DNA of 64,000 bases, from positions 32,001-96,000 of the IMG/VR virus record IMGVR_UViG_3300034103_001027; one strand, written 5' to 3'. This DNA comes from a virus. The position numbers were made by a program, and so were the translations under genes. Below are positions 29,299 to 37,609 of this stretch, piece by piece (position 1 is the first letter of the stretch; every line of letters begins with the position of its first letter). The notes under the pieces are model-generated. The model worked only from the letters and a program-made list of their open reading frames with translations. It was not told the origin of the DNA and searched no databases.

Positions 29299-30252
29299 TT
29301 ACTCAGCTTTGAGTGAGTTTGCTTGCGTTAAGAATTGCTTCAGTGATACCCTGCACTGCGCCGTATTGAATCCTGCTGCGTCCAGATCGCTGAGCCTCTC
29401 CTCGATCCGCTCGCACAGCGGTGTGATTGACATGAGCGCGAATCTGAGTGACTCAGATGTCGACTTTGGTCTTATTTCGCCCTGGACTATCATCAGGCCC
29501 TGCTTGACACTGGTAACCTCTGGGTCCTCTAGGACTGATGAGAGCAGTTCCTGTTTTTCTGGAGCGAGGCTGGATAGTTTCTTGATGCTCTGGTGATCTG
29601 CTACTACAACGCCTGAGGCGACCCGTCTTTTAACTTCAGGGCTCATGTACTTGGATTTATTGATTGCCTCTAGATCGTCAGCCTTGGGGTTCCTTTTTGT
29701 CTTGGGTAGAGCGTCTCGCAGTGTCATATGCGGATTCTCTTTGATCCTTTGCTCGACAGCCGATGCCTCTAGTGGCTGCAGGGTGGAGAACTCCTCCCAG
29801 TCTTTCTTGCTGTTGATGATTTCGCCGGACAGGCACTTTTCCCTGAATCCCTTGGATGCCTTGTCCATCGAGTCAGCCATCTCGATGTCTCGGTAGACAG
29901 TTCGCTCGCTGACATCGAATGCCTCAGCGACCTCCGCTGGAGATGTCATCTTGGCCATTGTTCCACGGATATATGCGACTTCTGATTCAGACAGGTTTCT
30001 CTTGCCAACCTGATTCTTTAGGACCCACAGCCGAGCCTCTTCGATATCAGCGAACTCCATCTCTTTTGTATGGGTCGCAAGGTTGTGCTTCTTGGCTATC
30101 TTGAGCCTGTGGCGACCGTCGACCAAGTATCCATTCCATACCTTAATTTCATCTAGGACGCCATGCTCAAGGCAGTTCTCCTCGAGATCCTTGTACTCAT
30201 CCCTGGTTAACGCTCGAAGGGATTCGACTAATTCCATTTTATATTCTTGCAT
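29299..30252 (-). CDS. ParB/Srx-like N-terminal domain protein with an HTH
   Basis: LT..EY..LE, LVDGRHR, NQVGKRNLS, EVAEAFDVSERTVYRD. Confidence 0.75.
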   Translation of the reverse strand: MQEYKMELVESLRALTRDEYKDLEENCLEHGVLDEIKVWNGYLVDGRHRLKIAKKHNLATHTKEMEFADIEEARLWVLKNQVGKRNLSESEVAYIRGTMAKMTSPAEVAEAFDVSERTVYRDIEMADSMDKASKGFREKCLSGEIINSKKDWEEFSTLQPLEASAVEQRIKENPHMTLRDALPKTKRNPKADDLEAINKSKYMSPEVKRRVASGVVVADHQSIKKLSSLAPEKQELLSSVLEDPEVTSVKQGLMIVQGEIRPKSTSESLRFALMSITPLCERIEERLSDLDAAGFNTAQCRVSLKQFLTQANSLKAE

Positions 30253-30352
30253 TTTGTCCTCCTTGAATTGTTTTATCTAAACTACTGGTATATGGCAAGT
30301 CTCGTGGCTAAGTGTATCGCATTAAATCTGCGCGGCGCAGGTTATGACGTTG

Positions 30353-30619
30353 TTATGCAGACCAGCCGTGCTCGACCATGAGTTCCTTTGTAATCTCAAA
30401 CCATGGTTCGCCAAACGAAACTTCTACTTGCAATGTGACTTCTCCAGTCTCCATGCACCAAGTGACCTCCGTTACCATCATTTCGTCCAATATCGTACAC
30501 TCCGACGATCTTAAGAATTGAATCACTAATCCTTCAAATGGTGCGAATGGAAGTTCAACCTTTCGCGTGACATAGTTTCCGTGTTCATCAATTCTAAACT
30601 CTAGCGTGACTGGATGCAT
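30353..30619 (-). CDS. Hypothetical cassette-like gene
   Basis: ATG lies inside an attC-like R' box; stop overlaps GCATAAC (R''). Confidence 0.5.
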   Translation of the reverse strand: MHPVTLEFRIDEHGNYVTRKVELPFAPFEGLVIQFLRSSECTILDEMMVTEVTWCMETGEVTLQVEVSFGEPWFEITKELMVEHGWSA

Positions 30620-30706
30620 AGCAATGTGTTCTACAAAAGTTGCCGGTAAGGTGTTTGGTTCGCTCAAAGTCGTCCGGCGGTAACTTTGTGACCACTACCG
30701 TTATAG
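30616..30706 (-). other. attC-like site (degenerate)
   Basis: CTATAAC...ACAAAGTT..CCGG-loop-CCGG.AACTTTTGT...GCTATGC imperfect palindrome right after a stop codon. Confidence 0.55.
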
Positions 30707-30707
30707 A

Positions 30708-31271
30708 TCAATACAGTTCCGCGAGATTAAATCCTTCCAGTATCATTGCCCCGATATTTTCCCCGGTGAATCGTGGGCCAGACCTGATGGAGGCTTGTCT
30801 CGGCAGAACCAACTCTTGCGATGCTGTCTTTGTTGCACCAACAGTTTCTGCCGCAATGATCCCGCTGGTACTGTTCGCTTGCGTTAGGACATAATGCAGC
30901 CTATCGCTTGGCCTAACCCTACAGCCTGTATCTGCCCAGCCAGTATCCCCGAAACAAAACCAGTGATTAAACATCAGGTCTTCGTATCTAATGAAGGTAA
31001 AACCAAATGCGTCTGCTGGGTTTAGAAATGACTCCATTGACGAAGGCTCAAATCCGTGCAAAAAGCATTTCCCGCGACACCCCAGCTCGAATACAAGAAA
31101 ACTTACGTCCTCGTGCCCTGTATTGCCTGAGCCAACGCGGTAGTTACTCTCCGCAACTTCCTTATTAAATCCACTTGGATACTGCAAGTGCTCGCCGTCA
31201 TCATTCCGCAATCGCAAGAACGCCTTCCACTCTCCGCGAATTAAGCTCTCAACCTGATTTGACATACTCAT
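30708..31271 (-). CDS. Hypothetical cassette-like gene
   Basis: Bounded by attC-like sites on both sides. Confidence 0.6.
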   Translation of the reverse strand: MSMSNQVESLIRGEWKAFLRLRNDDGEHLQYPSGFNKEVAESNYRVGSGNTGHEDVSFLVFELGCRGKCFLHGFEPSSMESFLNPADAFGFTFIRYEDLMFNHWFCFGDTGWADTGCRVRPSDRLHYVLTQANSTSGIIAAETVGATKTASQELVLPRQASIRSGPRFTGENIGAMILEGFNLAELY

Positions 31272-31356
31272 AACCTACGAATCACGCAAGTTCCCGGTCT
31301 TGCGTTTTACCAAGAGAGAATCACGCTCGGGAACTGCGCGATTCGTAGAGTTCACT
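31268..31356 (-). other. attC-like site
   Basis: GAAC-T-CTACGAATC-G-CGCA-GTTCCCG...CGGGAAC-T-TGCG-T-GATTCGTAG-GTTATGA; AAC/GTT ends, bulged bases, 3 bp after a stop. Confidence 0.7.
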
Positions 31357-31359
31357 GGA

Positions 31360-31672
31360 TCACTGCTCAACAGTGAATCCAAGTGTTTCAAAATGCTGCG
31401 ATGTTGCAAAGTCTGTCGCAAACGGGAAGTCCAGTTCACTAACCATGTCGCCATCGGCATCAACAACTGCGATTCCAGACCAATAGTCAACGTCCAGATA
31501 CGCAACCATTTCCTCACCTGGATTCAAGATCGGAGGGCTCCAGTTCGGTAGTACTACCTGCTTGAATCTCCCTGTATCTTTACAGATCTCGCACTGGTCG
31601 CAATCGCCGTGACACTTCGGGCATTCTTCCTCTGGAAATCCGACTCGCTTAATCGTGTCCAATCGTGACATG
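31360..31672 (-). CDS. Hypothetical protein with CxxC motifs
   Basis: CPKC..CDQCEIC. Confidence 0.55.
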
Positions 31673-31796
31673 GCATTAACCCTTCTGTCTAACCTAACCA
31701 CTGTGCTTTATAAGCAGCTTGCTTGGCAGTTTCCATTAGTCTTGCCGCTCCGTCTCGGTCATTTTATTGAGTGTCTGGTATATGGCAAGCCACTAA

Positions 31797-33308
31797 TCAG
31801 AAAAAATCTAAATAGGGACTTGGTTTCTGGCTGTACATGACATGCAGCTGCTCTATGGTTCTTGTTATTGCAACATAAAACACTCGCAGCTCTTCGTCGC
31901 TTCCTCTTCCCTGAGGCCATTCGCCTTCGTTTAGGTGCGGCAGGATTACAATCGGCCACTCTCCACCCTTTGCCCAATGCACAGTCCCGACAGTGATCCC
32001 GTCGCCCTCTGCGATCCATTCAGGCTTAGCCTCTTCGGATCTGTAGTCAGAGAGGGTTCTTCCAGCGTAGTACCTAAGTATCTCCTCTCTTTCTATTCTG
32101 CAAAACGCATTTTCTGGTATCTTGGATAGGATTATGTCCACCTTCCTGCCGACATTCGTTAGCCAGTCCTTGACAGCCGCTGCAACTGCCCGCTGCGGCA
32201 GGTCAGACGCTATGTATTTAACAATCTCTGGCTTGTCGCCCATCCACTGCGAAACTTTCTCTCGCGCCGTGACGCTTCCCGGCGAGGCCAGGTACATTAA
32301 AAGGTAATGCAATTGCCCGTACTTCTTGATTGTCGGCACCACCACTGGGAAGCCCTTAGACGCTAGAGCTTCTCTGACCTTAAAGACCTGATTGTTATAT
32401 CTGCACAAAACTGCTACATCCTGGTAGTCGCACCCACCTTTAACCAGCTTGGAAACTAGTGAAACAATATCGTCAGACTTGTGAACCACAACTTCTCTCT
32501 CTCGCTTCTTGGACACAACCTTTAGAGGCGTTGCGTTCGTGAGGTTCGCGATGTCTGCTATGTTCCTTGGAAATCGAAATGACTCACTCATATTCAGTGT
32601 TGGCCACTCAAGGTCGCTGAACTCCTCAGGGGTTGCCCCACGGAATCCATAAAGGCTCTGCCCGATATCCCCGACAACCATGACAGACGCATTCTTGGAT
32701 ATCTCGTACACAAAGTCCCATTGCAGCGGCTCATTGTCCTGCGCCTCATCAACGAACAAATGCTCGCACCAAAGGAACTTCCCGTCCCTCGCCAATGCGA
32801 TGCCAGATACCAAGAGTCCATCGAAATCCGTATCGCCATTTATGGCTAATTCCGACAAGAACGCTTTGCATATAGGAGTCTCACTTCCCCTTCGCATGCG
32901 GTAACTGCGAATCTCCTTGCGGGATTTGCTGATCTGCCCAGCTTCTGACTTGTAGAAATTGTACTTACCTATCTTTTTTAGGCACTTCACAATTGTGTCA
33001 TCTGTCTCTTTTTCTGTTAGCACGTTCGGAAAAGTGCCATTATTTTGAAGAGTTCGAAGAATAACGCTATGAAAAGTACCCACTGTAACAGATCGATACT
33101 CCTCACCCAGCCTTGCGACTAGTTCCTTACCAGCCCTGCGGGTGAAGGTGATGGCCATGATGGATTCCGGTTCGGCGCCATCGGTGCATAAGCGGCTGAT
33201 GCGGCTAGTGAGAACCGTCGTCTTGCCGCTACCTGCCGCACTAAGCACCTTAAAGTGCCTTTCCTGGCAAGAGACAATGGCTTCTTGTTCGGCTGTTAGA
33301 GTTGACAT
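31797..33308 (-). CDS. UvrD/Rep-family SF1 helicase
   Basis: AAGSGKT, TFT, DEAQD, VGDIGQSLYGFRGA, TVHWAKGGEW, EELRVFYVAITR. Confidence 0.92.
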   Translation of the reverse strand: MSTLTAEQEAIVSCQERHFKVLSAAGSGKTTVLTSRISRLCTDGAEPESIMAITFTRRAGKELVARLGEEYRSVTVGTFHSVILRTLQNNGTFPNVLTEKETDDTIVKCLKKIGKYNFYKSEAGQISKSRKEIRSYRMRRGSETPICKAFLSELAINGDTDFDGLLVSGIALARDGKFLWCEHLFVDEAQDNEPLQWDFVYEISKNASVMVVGDIGQSLYGFRGATPEEFSDLEWPTLNMSESFRFPRNIADIANLTNATPLKVVSKKREREVVVHKSDDIVSLVSKLVKGGCDYQDVAVLCRYNNQVFKVREALASKGFPVVVPTIKKYGQLHYLLMYLASPGSVTAREKVSQWMGDKPEIVKYIASDLPQRAVAAAVKDWLTNVGRKVDIILSKIPENAFCRIEREEILRYYAGRTLSDYRSEEAKPEWIAEGDGITVGTVHWAKGGEWPIVILPHLNEGEWPQGRGSDEELRVFYVAITRTIEQLHVMYSQKPSPYLDFF

Positions 33309-33368
33309 TTTTGCGTCTTTTGGTAGAGTTTAGGTGAGTCAAGTACCCGTTAATCAAAGGAGTTCGTC

Positions 33369-33860
33369 ATGGCAAGATTATCTTTGTCGCTGTTGATTGT
33401 AGCAATCTCTTGTGGCGTTTCATCTGCCCAATACTACAACCATGGCTCGTACTACAATAACAGCCCGTCGCACTGGCCGAATTGGCCGCCACCTACGCCA
33501 TCTGATATGCCAATGAGCGCACTTGAGTTTGAGCGGATCATTGAGAGGCAGAGGCAACGCGCTCAGGAGGATACGATGCAGCAGTGGCAATATCAGCAAC
33601 AAATGCAGCAGCAGATGATGTATCAGCAGCAAATGCAGAGGCAAATGCAACAGCAAATGCTTCTCAATGAGCAGGATATCGTCATGCGTCCCGTCGAGAA
33701 GAAGATACCTTGGGGGCCTCCATTTAAGGGGCAGCCTAGAACTGAAAAGGAGAGGCAGGACCGTGAGGCTTTTAAGAAGCGATTCCGTAAGGCTCTTGAC
33801 GCTTTTGATGCAAGTGGATCGGATGTTCCTTTCATCTTCGAGGGCTACAGGTATTTATAG
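33369..33860 (+). CDS. Secreted Gln/Met-rich hypothetical protein
   Basis: Signal-peptide-like N-terminus (MARLSLSLLIVAISCGVSSA), AGGAG RBS. Confidence 0.65.
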   Translation: MARLSLSLLIVAISCGVSSAQYYNHGSYYNNSPSHWPNWPPPTPSDMPMSALEFERIIERQRQRAQEDTMQQWQYQQQMQQQMMYQQQMQRQMQQQMLLNEQDIVMRPVEKKIPWGPPFKGQPRTEKERQDREAFKKRFRKALDAFDASGSDVPFIFEGYRYL

Positions 33861-33862
33861 AG

Positions 33863-33992
33863 CTAGCCATTGCCGTGAACCTTTACGATCCTCCCGTCCC
33901 TAATGGCTACATTGATCCTCTCTGGAATGTAATCCATGGTCACGACACAAGCGTGATCTCCATCCTGGACCACGCGAACCGAATAGCCGTTT
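33863..33992 (-). pseudogene. 5'-truncated peptidase inhibitor I78-like fragment
   Basis: Frame reads VRVVQDG...VTMDYIPERINVAIRDGRIVKVHGNG*; no start codon upstream of the motif before an in-frame TAG. Confidence 0.5.
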
Positions 33993-34031
33993 CGCGGCGG
34001 CCCGTTGATGGGTAGCGTTCTATTGACGAAA

Positions 34032-34373
34032 CTATATTCCTAAATCTCTCAGTGTTGCCTCTATTTCTTTCCATGATCCAGCGCCAAAATTACTGACGTT
34101 TCTCATGCCACTCCAGCCTATCGATCTGATTTGTTCCGCAGTCAGTGGCCATATAAGCGTAGGCTGCGACTCGCAATACTCTTGCACGCAATTGCGTACC
34201 CGAGAGCTAACCTTATCCCACGGAAATGGCGTCCTACCTTGTGGCGAAGGAGAGTGTTTTTCTAGTTCGTTTGCAATGCGCTCTAGTGCTTCGGCTATTC
34301 GCAACAGAACAACGCGATCAACCGAAGCCGGATCAACGTCGTTCGCAGTGCCTTGAGGCTCTTGATTCTTCAT
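34032..34373 (-). CDS. Protein with an RNA polymerase alpha-CTD-like domain
   Basis: VSSRVRNC...NFGAGSWKEIEATLRDLG resembles the alphaCTD pattern LSVRxxNC...NxGxKSxxEI...L..LG. Confidence 0.55.
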   Translation of the reverse strand: MKNQEPQGTANDVDPASVDRVVLLRIAEALERIANELEKHSPSPQGRTPFPWDKVSSRVRNCVQEYCESQPTLIWPLTAEQIRSIGWSGMRNVSNFGAGSWKEIEATLRDLGI

Positions 34374-34382
34374 GCTTTACCC

Positions 34383-34700
34383 TTACCGATTCCCTTTCTC
34401 GCCCGCTGGTTGCGAATGCTGTGTGGATTTGATCCTCTCATTGAACGACAGCGCCTTATAGTGCTTGCCGATGTTCCCAGCATTAAGCCACTCTAGGTAC
34501 GCTTCCGCCTCTGCTTTGCTGAGACTGCTCGACCCCTGAAATGAGACATAAGTAACACGGACATACCTCCCAGATCTGGTTGCCCATGCATTGTAGTATG
34601 GCGATATGCTCCTTCCGTCTTTAGCAGCGTTGATGGTCTTATCTGACTCAAACCGCTTCAAGTGGTCTTTAATCTTGTCGGCTATTTCTTGCAACTTCAT
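34383..34700 (-). CDS. Hypothetical phage protein
   Basis: ORF with RBS. Confidence 0.6.
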   Translation of the reverse strand: MKLQEIADKIKDHLKRFESDKTINAAKDGRSISPYYNAWATRSGRYVRVTYVSFQGSSSLSKAEAEAYLEWLNAGNIGKHYKALSFNERIKSTQHSQPAGEKGNR

Positions 34701-35428
34701 AATTCACCCCTCTCTTAAATGAAGAACTCTGGATCACTAAGCGTGATTCCGGTTCGCCTTTTGAATCTTAACTTAAATAGAGCAACATCATGCTTAAGCA
34801 TGGCACCGCTGCTGTATGTTCGGTACATGTGTAAGTGCTTGCCACGCTCTTCGTGATGCCTGAATGTCTGGTTGAACTGCCCGAACGCACTGAACTTGAT
34901 TCCCTGGTAAGGCTCCAGTGCAGTCGTCACACGTTGACTGTAAGCATATGACTGCTTAACCTTCTCCTGTACGACATATAGTTTTAAGTCATAAGAGAAT
35001 ATCTCAAAAACCGGGTCGCCTCGGCTGAATTTATAGTCACGCGACAAGCCTAAGTTGTCAGTCGCGCTTTCTTGTGAGTCCATATTCACTCTCAGGGTTG
35101 TGTGATTTCAGTCGCTCGTCTGTTTATTCGCATCGGGTTGACTCGCAATGCGATTGTTTCTCCATCGTTCTGCTGTTTTTTCGCACATCTTGCAGCGATG
35201 CTCTTTTTTGAAGGTGTCGAATACTGCCAGCTTGTAGGAGGGAACCATTCGAGCCGTACCGTTTTTCCAGGACGGGCAATGGCACCGGCCTTTTTCGTCG
35301 CATAAGTGTTTTTTCACAATCGTTTGCCTCCGTGTGTCATACTTTGGCCTTCGATCTTTCTTCGATCAATCGCCCTCGCAGTTCGCTTTGACATACTCCC
35401 CACGGATAAATCCGGGGGATTCTTGGAT

Positions 35429-36568
35429 TCAAACAGGAACAGCACAACCGGAGTTGCGACTTACATTCCCTAGCCCTGACGCCTGATGCCCCAGGCGTTT
35501 AATATTTAAAGCAGCATTCAAATCTCGATCAACTGAACAATGACAACCACCACAATTAAAAACTCGAACATCAAGAGGCATGTTTTGAACACGACCGCAT
35601 TGATGACAGGTTTTGGTTGTCGGTTCCCATTGTCCGATTTGCTCGGTACTTTTACCACGCTTGTACGCTACCCACTTCAGAATCTGCAAGAAACTATCGA
35701 ACGAAAGATCGGATATCTTCCTTCCCCAAAGTTTCTGCATGGCTGCGATATTAAGCGTCTCAAAGTACATTATGTCAAACCTATCACACAACGAATGTGC
35801 CAACTTAAAGAACCAATCGGTTCTCCGGTTGGCGATTCGCTCGTGTGCTCTGCTCAATCGATACTTTGCTTTTCGGCGATTCTTGCTGCCTTTCTTTTTA
35901 CTTGCCAGTTCTCGGTTGCACTTGGCAATTTCAGCCATGCTAACCTTAAAGAACTGCGGACTTTCAATGGTAGTGCCGTCGCTGCAAGTGAGGAATTGCT
36001 TGAGTCCAAAATCAAAGCCAGCCGTATGAATGGAACCTGTGACTTGATTTTGAGTCTCTTCCTTCTCACAACTAAACACTACCCAAAAACGATTCATGCT
36101 ATCTCGCTTGAGCGTGCAAGTTTTGATATTGCCTTCGATCTCACGAGATTTAATGAATTTGTACTGATACTTACCAAAACGGATTCGATTTTCGCCAAGG
36201 TATGCCCAACCTGCCTGCTTGAACGTGACGCTTCCATGCCCAGCGGAACGCTTGAACTTGGGCTTGCCTCGCTTCAGCCCAGCCCGCGTCTTGATCCACT
36301 TAAAAAACGCTTGGTACGTCAAGTCGAGTTTTTCAATGACCGCCTGGACACATTGCGATCCAACGACTTGCCAAGCTTCGCGACGATTGCGAAGCTTGGC
36401 AATGTGCTTCATCAGCTGGAATTTATTGCAGTGCTTCTTGAACAATCGATAGTGGGTTTTTTGAAAAGCAACACAGTGATTGCGAATGCGAGTGGCTGTA
36501 GTCACAAGGCGATGAAGCCTGTGATTCTTGCTGCTCTCGTACATTCGGAATTTGTAGCTGATTCTCAT
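35429..36568 (-). CDS. tnpB: RNA-guided endonuclease TnpB
   Basis: RuvC motifs GFDFG, FETL and DRDLNAA; Zn-finger CHQC...CxxC. Confidence 0.93.
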   Translation of the reverse strand: MRISYKFRMYESSKNHRLHRLVTTATRIRNHCVAFQKTHYRLFKKHCNKFQLMKHIAKLRNRREAWQVVGSQCVQAVIEKLDLTYQAFFKWIKTRAGLKRGKPKFKRSAGHGSVTFKQAGWAYLGENRIRFGKYQYKFIKSREIEGNIKTCTLKRDSMNRFWVVFSCEKEETQNQVTGSIHTAGFDFGLKQFLTCSDGTTIESPQFFKVSMAEIAKCNRELASKKKGSKNRRKAKYRLSRAHERIANRRTDWFFKLAHSLCDRFDIMYFETLNIAAMQKLWGRKISDLSFDSFLQILKWVAYKRGKSTEQIGQWEPTTKTCHQCGRVQNMPLDVRVFNCGGCHCSVDRDLNAALNIKRLGHQASGLGNVSRNSGCAVPV

Positions 36569-36961
36569 TTAGACGTTTCTCTGGTTTTCAATATATTGCT
36601 TAATGACCGAAAGCGGAGCACCACCCACCGTTGCGACGAAATAGCTATTTGTCCAAAGCGTTGGCATTCGACTCTTGAGGTGCCTGAATTCTGATCGAAG
36701 CAACCGACTAGTGCGTCCCTTGATCTGCTTGACGAGGCGATGGATTCCGTACTGTGGATCGCACTCAACAAGAAGATGCACATGGTCGGGCATTGTCTCA
36801 ATTTCAATTATGTCACTAAGACGCTCGCCGCAAACCTGACGAACAATCTCCTTGAGTCGCACATCAACCGCATCAACGATTACGTTTCGCCTGTACTTCG
36901 GGCACCAAACCACGTGGTACTTGCACGAGTAGCAGACGTTGTTGTTAGTTTTGTATTTCAT
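36569..36961 (-). CDS. tnpA: Y1 HUH transposase TnpA
   Basis: YHVVWCPKYRR, PDHVHLL, KGRTSR, LWTNSYF, YIENQ. Confidence 0.95.
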   Translation of the reverse strand: MKYKTNNNVCYSCKYHVVWCPKYRRNVIVDAVDVRLKEIVRQVCGERLSDIIEIETMPDHVHLLVECDPQYGIHRLVKQIKGRTSRLLRSEFRHLKSRMPTLWTNSYFVATVGGAPLSVIKQYIENQRNV

Positions 36962-37248
36962 GGTCTGAATTATACCGCTCGTTACTGTATAGTCAATGCC
37001 CATTTCAAAAACATTAGGAGCGTTGGCTTATATTCCCATGCCTAAAGGTAGGGGCTTTACGCCAAATTTGGTAATGGCTCGCTTGCATCGCCAATTTCCC
37101 AACCAAACTTGCCAACCAATCAACATCGCTTGCCGATGGCCCAACCAGGCTACCAAGGCGATCTGCTGCCAATTTGACTGTTTCTACCCAAGTCTCTCGT
37201 TGCGACTCTAGCTGACCTTGAATTTCTTTTTCTCGTTCGCTCATTTCA

Positions 37249-37578
37249 TTATTTCCCCTTATGATTGTTGTGTTCTTGGAATTCATCGGAATCTCTGTAC
37301 CCAAGCTTCCATAGTATGCGACTTAAGTCTGCAGCCAAATGCTCCACGTAGTCCTCCGAATGCACAAACCCAATAGCGCATTGGTCGCACGCATGTATCA
37401 CTTCATGAATCACCGCCTCTAGTTTTGTTTTGCCGCACAGGTTTGAATCAATCCAGATCGATCTATTCTTCGCCACGACTGGATCGCAAAGCCCGTCCAC
37501 TTTTTCCCCATTCGACTTATGCCGACCAAGGGCCTTGAATTCAATGTTCCAGTACTTGCGTAATATCTTGACTCTCAT
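37249..37578 (-). CDS. HEXXH metallopeptidase-like phage protein
   Basis: GLC...IWID...IHEVIHA...E. Confidence 0.6.
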   Translation of the reverse strand: MRVKILRKYWNIEFKALGRHKSNGEKVDGLCDPVVAKNRSIWIDSNLCGKTKLEAVIHEVIHACDQCAIGFVHSEDYVEHLAADLSRILWKLGYRDSDEFQEHNNHKGK

Positions 37579-37609
37579 TGAAAAACCCATCTGAATAATG
37601 AGACTAAAC

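Larger units (their letters stand above)
35388..37070 (-). mobile_element. IS200/IS605-family element (IS608-type ends) carrying tnpA and tnpB
   Basis: Left: TTAC target, then AAAG plus hairpin CCCCTACC...GGCATGGG. Right: GAAT plus hairpin CCCCCGGATTTATCCGTGGGG, ending TCAA. Confidence 0.9.
35337..37244 (-). pseudogene. 74-aa hypothetical gene split by the IS element
   Basis: Joining 37244-37071 to 35387-35337 restores MSERE...ASHY|SELRGRLIEERSKAKV*. Confidence 0.75.

Noticed and set aside
35540-36694. 384-aa plus-strand ORF
   Set aside because: Antisense shadow of tnpB/tnpA with no recognisable motifs
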